Below, piece by piece: positions 1 to 3,869 of a DNA stretch of 7,229 nucleotides; within the stretch, counting starts at the first letter, position 1, and the number at the start of each line of letters is the position of its first letter. The position numbers were made by a program, and so were the translations under genes. Below the pieces are notes generated by a model. That model did not search any database, was not told the DNA's origin, and saw nothing but the letters and a program-made list of their open reading frames with translations. Source of the stretch: a virus; the IMG/VR virus record IMGVR_UViG_3300008251_000119; one strand, given 5' to 3'.

Positions 1-123
1 GAGCGATACCAAGACAAAGAATCATCATCAATATTTTGCTCTAATTTCTTGTTATAAATACGCCAATAAATTTGGCTTGTTCTTTTTCCAACTCTCAACA
101 TTTCTTGAGAATAAATATGATTA
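1..123. repeat. Direct terminal repeat copy 1 (circular assembly overlap)
   Basis: Compared base by base, it is identical to 7107-7229 (gagcgataccaagacaaaga...ataaatatgatta). Confidence 0.97.
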
Positions 124-842
124 AATTTATCGTCATACGTAAAAATATTATCAGGGTGACAACTTAAAGGCCGACAAGCCTTTCCAACTCTAAAGAAACC
201 ATCTTTATAAGCAGCAAGCGCATATTCACAATTAAAATTATTGTCATAATCATCACGCGCTAAATCTATACGAGATAATTTAGTAATACCCAAGACTATT
301 GAAAGCCAGTAATGCAATTTATATAAATCAATATGCGCTAATAAATGTTTACAACCTGAGCCAGTAATTTGAATATAAGCAGTGTTATTTTGACCACCAA
401 TCGCAACGAACCCCGCAACAACCCCATCACTTGTTAAAAGATTCATTGAATTTGAATATCCGAAGAAACCTTTATCAGATGGTAAAGACAATTCAAAACC
501 AAGAACGCGAGATACAAACGCTTTTAAACACGTTTCATAGAAATCCTGTAATTCACCTTGAATACGAACACGCTCTTTTTCAATATCATCTAAATTAAGT
601 ACTTGAGTATTTTTAACGACTGGCGGAGCAGGAAACGGACTTTTTGCATGGCAAATATCAGTTTTCTTACCATGTTTAACAGGTAAATTTAAAATCTCTG
701 ATTTATGACAGTGACGAAGTTGAGGTAATGAAATTGTAAAAGCTAAAAAATCCACTTTAATATTTTGGCTAGACTTAACACGAGTCTCTAAAAGACGTGT
801 AGCAGTATTATTGTAAAGTTTACAGAAAGGCTTATTTAACAT
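1..842 (-). CDS. Rolling-circle replication initiator (Rep_trans / RstA-like, pII functional analog), N-terminal 280 codons; the gene continues across the circular junction into 7106..6773 for 391 aa in total
   Basis: My hand translation from ATG 842..840 is open all the way to base 1, and the nearest upstream in-frame stop is at 851..849. It is in frame with the 144-aa track ORF through the junction (842-101=741=3x247). The protein starts MLNKPFCKLYNNTATRLLETRVKSSQNIKVDFLAFT and contains RIDLARDDYD and GKRTSQIYWRIYNKKLE. From memory, these resemble conserved blocks of Rep_trans-type initiators. This ORF is not in the supplied track because it runs off the window edge. Confidence 0.8.
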   Translation of the reverse strand, partial: MLNKPFCKLYNNTATRLLETRVKSSQNIKVDFLAFTISLPQLRHCHKSEILNLPVKHGKKTDICHAKSPFPAPPVVKNTQVLNLDDIEKERVRIQGELQDFYETCLKAFVSRVLGFELSLPSDKGFFGYSNSMNLLTSDGVVAGFVAIGGQNNTAYIQITGSGCKHLLAHIDLYKLHYWLSIVLGITKLSRIDLARDDYDNNFNCEYALAAYKDGFFRVGKACRPLSCHPDNIFTYDDKFNHIYSQEMLRVGKRTSQIYWRIYNKKLEQNIDDDSLSWYR

Positions 843-1036
843 TAGATTTCACCCTGTTCAACAAGCTGTCTGTAATTGCTATCCGTTATTTCAATAACTT
901 CAGCATTTGAAAACTCATCAGAAATCCACATCCAAAAAAATGACAATGTAGATAAAGAATCATAAGTACGCTCACCGTCTAAATCGTAAGTTACTAAAAT
1001 TCCAATATGTGGCACATTCTGATAATAAATTTTCAT
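842..1036 (-). CDS. Hypothetical 64-aa protein, first gene of the minus-strand operon, translationally coupled to rep
   Basis: Its stop overlaps the rep start as TAATG (844..840). A weak SD (acGGAtatATG) precedes it. I see no recognisable motif and no TM segment. Confidence 0.5.
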   Translation of the reverse strand: MKIYYQNVPHIGILVTYDLDGERTYDSLSTLSFFWMWISDEFSNAEVIEITDSNYRQLVEQGEI

Positions 1037-1170
1037 ATATCCGTATATCTAATTTTATTAGAAATTATTTTATGAGCCGATACTATTTTATAATAAATTA
1101 TAAATCAAGAGGCTAATTTTATTGGTTTATAATAAATTAGATTCAAACAACTAAAAAAGGTTAGAAATAA
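1037..1170. promoter_or_regulatory. Divergent AT-rich control region between the rep operon and the 62-aa plus-strand gene, carrying two pairs of direct repeats (candidate operators/promoters)
   Basis: The 14-bp repeat tttataataaatta occurs at 1087-1100 and 1126-1139, and each copy contains a perfect TATAAT on the plus strand. The 11-bp repeat ctaattttatt occurs at 1049-1059 and 1113-1123. A minus-strand TATAAT lies at 1102..1097. I could not find convincing -35 boxes. Confidence 0.5.
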
Positions 1171-1359
1171 ATGCCCGCTAAACACATAGATGACGCGACT
1201 TGGAGACTAATTGAAAAGGAAACTTTAAAAGTAGTTTTAAAGACTGAAAAAATTTTCAAAGAAACTGAAATTTTAAAAGCACTTTTGTTAAAAGGACTAA
1301 ATACAATAGATGTTTATGAATATGAGGAGATCTTAAAAAAAGCAAAAAAGGGAAAGTAA
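1171..1359 (+). CDS. Small (62 aa) putative DNA-binding regulator, positional analog of inovirus repressors (RstR-type position), possibly ribbon-helix-helix-like
   Basis: It is the only plus-strand gene and is divergent from rep. It is followed by a clean intrinsic terminator. The residue pattern suggests a short N-terminal strand (KHIDD) followed by two amphipathic helices (ATWRLIEKETLKVVL and ETEILKALLLKGL) and a Lys-rich tail. The SD is weak (AAGG 10 nt upstream). Confidence 0.45.
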   Translation: MPAKHIDDATWRLIEKETLKVVLKTEKIFKETEILKALLLKGLNTIDVYEYEEILKKAKKGK

Positions 1360-1433
1360 AAAAAATAAAAAGGTCAAAAGATTAAAACACTTCTAGTACT
1401 AATTAAGCTCAAAGCTAGATTAATTAGCAGAGT

Positions 1434-1463
1434 AAACCCACGTAATACAGCACGTGGGTTTTT
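1434..1463 (+). terminator. Rho-independent terminator for the 62-aa gene
   Basis: A 10-bp perfect stem pairs aaacccacgt (1434-1443) with acgtgggttt (1452-1461) around an 8-nt loop. The stem runs into ttttt (1459-1463). Confidence 0.75.
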
Positions 1464-1551
1464 CTCCGTTCTTCATTCTCGTCGTTGCTCAGGCTTCGCC
1501 CTCCTACGTCTTCATCACTCAATAATAAATAAAAGAAAAAAGTTTCATTAA

Positions 1552-1579
1552 AAGACCCATAAATACCATTATGTTACGG
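1552..1579 (+). other. dif-like (XerC/XerD-type) recombination site candidate, module A
   Basis: AAGACCCATAA-ATACCA-TTATGTTACGG, compared with E. coli dif GGTGCGCATAA-TGTATA-TTATGTTAAAT. The XerD-arm TTATGTTA and the inner XerC-arm CATAA are conserved at the canonical 6-bp spacing. Confidence 0.45.
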
Positions 1580-1648
1580 CTAAAACACGCTTTCAGCGCA
1601 AGCGGTTTTATTGGCCCTATGCTCCGCATTTTAGGACCAAAAAGCACA

Positions 1649-1686
1649 AAGCCCCTGTTTGCTTCGCACAATTTTAACAGGGGCTT
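1649..1686 (-). terminator. Long hairpin, possible terminator of the minus-strand operon and/or part of the structured ori/attP region
   Basis: An 11-bp perfect stem pairs aagcccctgtt (1649-1659) with aacaggggctt (1676-1686) around a 16-nt loop. On the minus strand it is followed by tgtgcttttt. It lies just downstream of the 43-aa ORF. Confidence 0.35.
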
Positions 1687-1687
1687 A

Positions 1688-1716
1688 CTCAACATAACGC
1701 TGCTCCCATTTATGGG
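1688..1716 (-). other. dif-like module B, inverted relative to module A
   Basis: The minus strand reads CCCATAAAT-GGGAGCAGCG-TTATGTTGAG. It shares CCCATAAAT and TTATGTT with module A, but the spacer is 10 nt instead of 4 nt. Confidence 0.4.
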
Positions 1717-1841
1717 CTATTAATAATATGTTCGGGTTTAGATTTATAACCCCAATAAAAAACAACAGCAACTGGCGAGCTAATCAAAAGCACCCAATTA
1801 ATTACAAGCATATAAATAATTTCCATAACATCACTTGTCAT
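1710..1841 (-). CDS. Small hydrophobic membrane protein, 43 aa (MTSDVMEIIYMLVINWVLLISSPVAVVFYWGYKSKPEHIINSP), not in the ORF track
   Basis: I translated it by hand. A strong SD (AAGGTGAtttATG) precedes it. It has one clear TM segment followed by a basic stretch, and the 1649-1686 hairpin follows it. Confidence 0.5.
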   Translation of the reverse strand: MTSDVMEIIYMLVINWVLLISSPVAVVFYWGYKSKPEHIINSP

Positions 1842-2095
1842 AAATCACCTTAACTGTATAAATGTCCAGTACTATCAAGTATCGGACTTAAATCATTGAT
1901 ACTAAAAGAATGTTTATCATGGGAGAAATGAAAACTTTCTTCTCAAATATAATTTTGTGGCTCACCATCATCTATGCACTTGACGAATTCCGACAATGAC
2001 CCGTCTTGACTATCTTCAATTCAAACTAACAGTTTACCGATATTTCAACCATCACGGACACAGGCTTATCATGGCTACGCCATCAAAAACAACAA

Positions 2096-3472
2096 TCACA
2101 ACTCAACATTCAAATCACCCTCTGAACTCTCAACAGACTCAACCTCAGAATATTTAACAGGAGCAAAAGGCACAAACTTGAAGCCTGAACCATCCGAAAC
2201 TTTCACAATAGATTCAGACAAATACTCCAACTTATACCCCATATTTACCAAATCATCACCCGAAACATAAAAATCATCACCATCGATTTTTAACACAAAT
2301 AAAAAACTATAAGTAATAGAACTGACAACCTCCACCAAACCACTAACAACCTTAAAAACTTTAGGTTTATAAGTCTTATTTATTGCAGTTAAATAAATAG
2401 AATCTGCATCAAAAGGAATCACTAAAGCACTAGGAGCTTTAAAAACAGCCTCAGAGCTAACATTACCATTAATAAAACCATTACTTTTTTGAACACCTTT
2501 AGAATCAACTTGAGCAGAAACTTGAACTTGACCATTAGATAATTGAACAGCTTGTACTTTTTCAACTGGTTTAGAACTAGAAGCGCTAGACGTACGAAAG
2601 AACACCACGTAAATAATAAAAACCGCAGCGGCAATAAAAACGGCAGAGCCAAGTAATAAAGACAAAGTAATAGGCGAGTTGCCAGCACCTGAATTTGTTG
2701 ATTGCCCTGTGGCAGTTGATTTATAGATTTTAAAGACATCAAGAGGAATTTTCCTAAAAGTTGTTATATCACCCTTTTTTACAGAATTACCATTAGAACT
2801 AGGCAAATGCTCAAGGACACGAGGACGGCGTTTAAAGTAAGGGATTGGGACAGAATCTTTAGAGCTATGAGCATAGGCAATCTCACAAACCGAGCGAATA
2901 AACCCCGCAACCTCTTTAATATCAGGAGTTGCCAACACAATATCCCAGTTAAAATGACGATGACGCATAAACGATTCACGCAAGGTCGGAGGGTATTTAA
3001 TATAATCACGTTCATCAAAAATACTTAAACCGATATCATCTTCATAATCTGCAATATTTACATTTTGCTTAATTACCCTTTGCTTTTCGTGGTACAGCTC
3101 AATAACGTCTTTGGGTAACTCACTATCAAAAAAACCCTCTTCTTTATAATCATAATCAGAAGCTTTAAAAGTTCTATCGTTTGGATAAATATCCTGAATT
3201 TCATCAATAAAGATAAAAGCCCCAATCGGCAACCAATGATAAAAACACCGCATAAGTTTACGACCCGTATCATTATTAGAAGATATACGAACTAATCGAG
3301 CTGAAGCAGGAAAAACAACATTTAACTCAGAAGAAATTTCTTCAAGCGTTTTTATGCCTTGAAGATTAGTAACAACTAAACGCCCTGCTTTTAAAGCTTC
3401 CAGTAATTCAAACCAACAAACAGTAGATGATTTATAGGAACCTGGTGGGCCGTGAAATATTTTAGTAGCCAT
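2096..3472 (-). CDS. zot: Zot-family / pI-like phage assembly ATPase (458 aa)
   Basis: It has an N-terminal Walker A (GPPGSYKS, aa 8-15), a Walker B-like FIFIDEIQ, and a single central TM (ITLSLLLGSAVFIAAAVFIIYVVFF) followed by a ~150-aa C-terminal domain. It sits right after the pVI-like gene, with SD GGTGG before the ATG. Confidence 0.9.
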   Translation of the reverse strand: MATKIFHGPPGSYKSSTVCWFELLEALKAGRLVVTNLQGIKTLEEISSELNVVFPASARLVRISSNNDTGRKLMRCFYHWLPIGAFIFIDEIQDIYPNDRTFKASDYDYKEEGFFDSELPKDVIELYHEKQRVIKQNVNIADYEDDIGLSIFDERDYIKYPPTLRESFMRHRHFNWDIVLATPDIKEVAGFIRSVCEIAYAHSSKDSVPIPYFKRRPRVLEHLPSSNGNSVKKGDITTFRKIPLDVFKIYKSTATGQSTNSGAGNSPITLSLLLGSAVFIAAAVFIIYVVFFRTSSASSSKPVEKVQAVQLSNGQVQVSAQVDSKGVQKSNGFINGNVSSEAVFKAPSALVIPFDADSIYLTAINKTYKPKVFKVVSGLVEVVSSITYSFLFVLKIDGDDFYVSGDDLVNMGYKLEYLSESIVKVSDGSGFKFVPFAPVKYSEVESVESSEGDLNVEL

Positions 3473-3475
3473 AAA

Positions 3476-3868
3476 TTACCACCCCATCATATCTAAAATA
3501 AATCGAGTCAATAAAGCCTCGATAACTAACTGAGCAGAATCAAAAAAACGAATATCAATTAAGGTTTGAACAATATCAGAATCTAAACGCCCTATAGACG
3601 AATTAATCAACTGAGTAATGTTTAAAGACTGCATAACTTCGATAGCAATAGAATAAGCAAATTCGGTAGTATGAATTAAAGTTGTAAACTTCAAAAGTAC
3701 GACATATTTAATAATATAAGCAAAAATACGACCAAAAAAAGCGGGTATATCTACTGAAATAAAAACCCAAATAGATTCAAAAATAGAACCTATTGTTGAA
3801 ATAAATTCAAAATCAGCAGCAAAAACAGTAGGCGAAAAAACAAGTGCTAATAAAATAAAATAACGCAT
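3476..3868 (-). CDS. pVI-like minor coat / Ace-position membrane protein, probably 130 aa starting at ATG 3868 (the track calls 3904)
   Basis: It lies between the pIII-like gene and zot. It has several hydrophobic segments. The ATG at 3868 has a strong SD (GAGGGAGAttttaaaATG) and sits 1 nt after the pIII stop, whereas the 3904 start would overlap pIII by 35 nt and has no SD. Confidence 0.65.
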   Translation of the reverse strand: MRYFILLALVFSPTVFAADFEFISTIGSIFESIWVFISVDIPAFFGRIFAYIIKYVVLLKFTTLIHTTEFAYSIAIEVMQSLNITQLINSSIGRLDSDIVQTLIDIRFFDSAQLVIEALLTRFILDMMGW

Positions 3869-3869
3869 T

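Noticed and set aside
1399-1427. Imperfect palindrome ctaattaagct...agctagattaattag as a second terminator or operator
   Set aside because: The stem is AT-rich and interrupted by a bulge, with no T-tract. It may contribute to ssDNA structure, but I cannot assign it a function.
1571-1723. Plus-strand 50-aa ORF (MLRLKHAFSASGFIGPMLRILGPKSTKPLFASHNFNRGLLNITLLPFMGY)
   Set aside because: It lies downstream of a strong plus-strand terminator and has no SD. It runs straight through the hairpin cluster and the dif-like modules, so I think it is a chance open frame in structured non-coding DNA.
1919-1999. Plus-strand 26-aa hydrophobic ORF (MGEMKTFFSNIILWLTIIYALDEFRQ)
   Set aside because: The GGAG-like element is only 2 nt from the second ATG and there is no SD for the first. 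It is antisense to the operon direction and too short to support without conservation data.
2422-3273. Track ORFs nested in the zot region: 2422..2742 (-), 2779..3018 (-), 2807..3028 (+) and 3073..3273 (-)
   Set aside because: All lie fully inside the 458-aa Zot-family ORF, in other frames or on the opposite strand. Their products are low-complexity and Leu/Phe/Ile-rich, as expected from AT-rich out-of-frame reading, and none has an SD or a motif.
2096-3472. Interpreting the Zot homolog as an enterotoxin or virulence factor
   Set aside because: The Zot family is primarily the inovirus pI assembly ATPase. I saw nothing resembling the C-terminal FCIGRL-type active fragment of V. cholerae Zot, so there is no sequence support for toxin activity.
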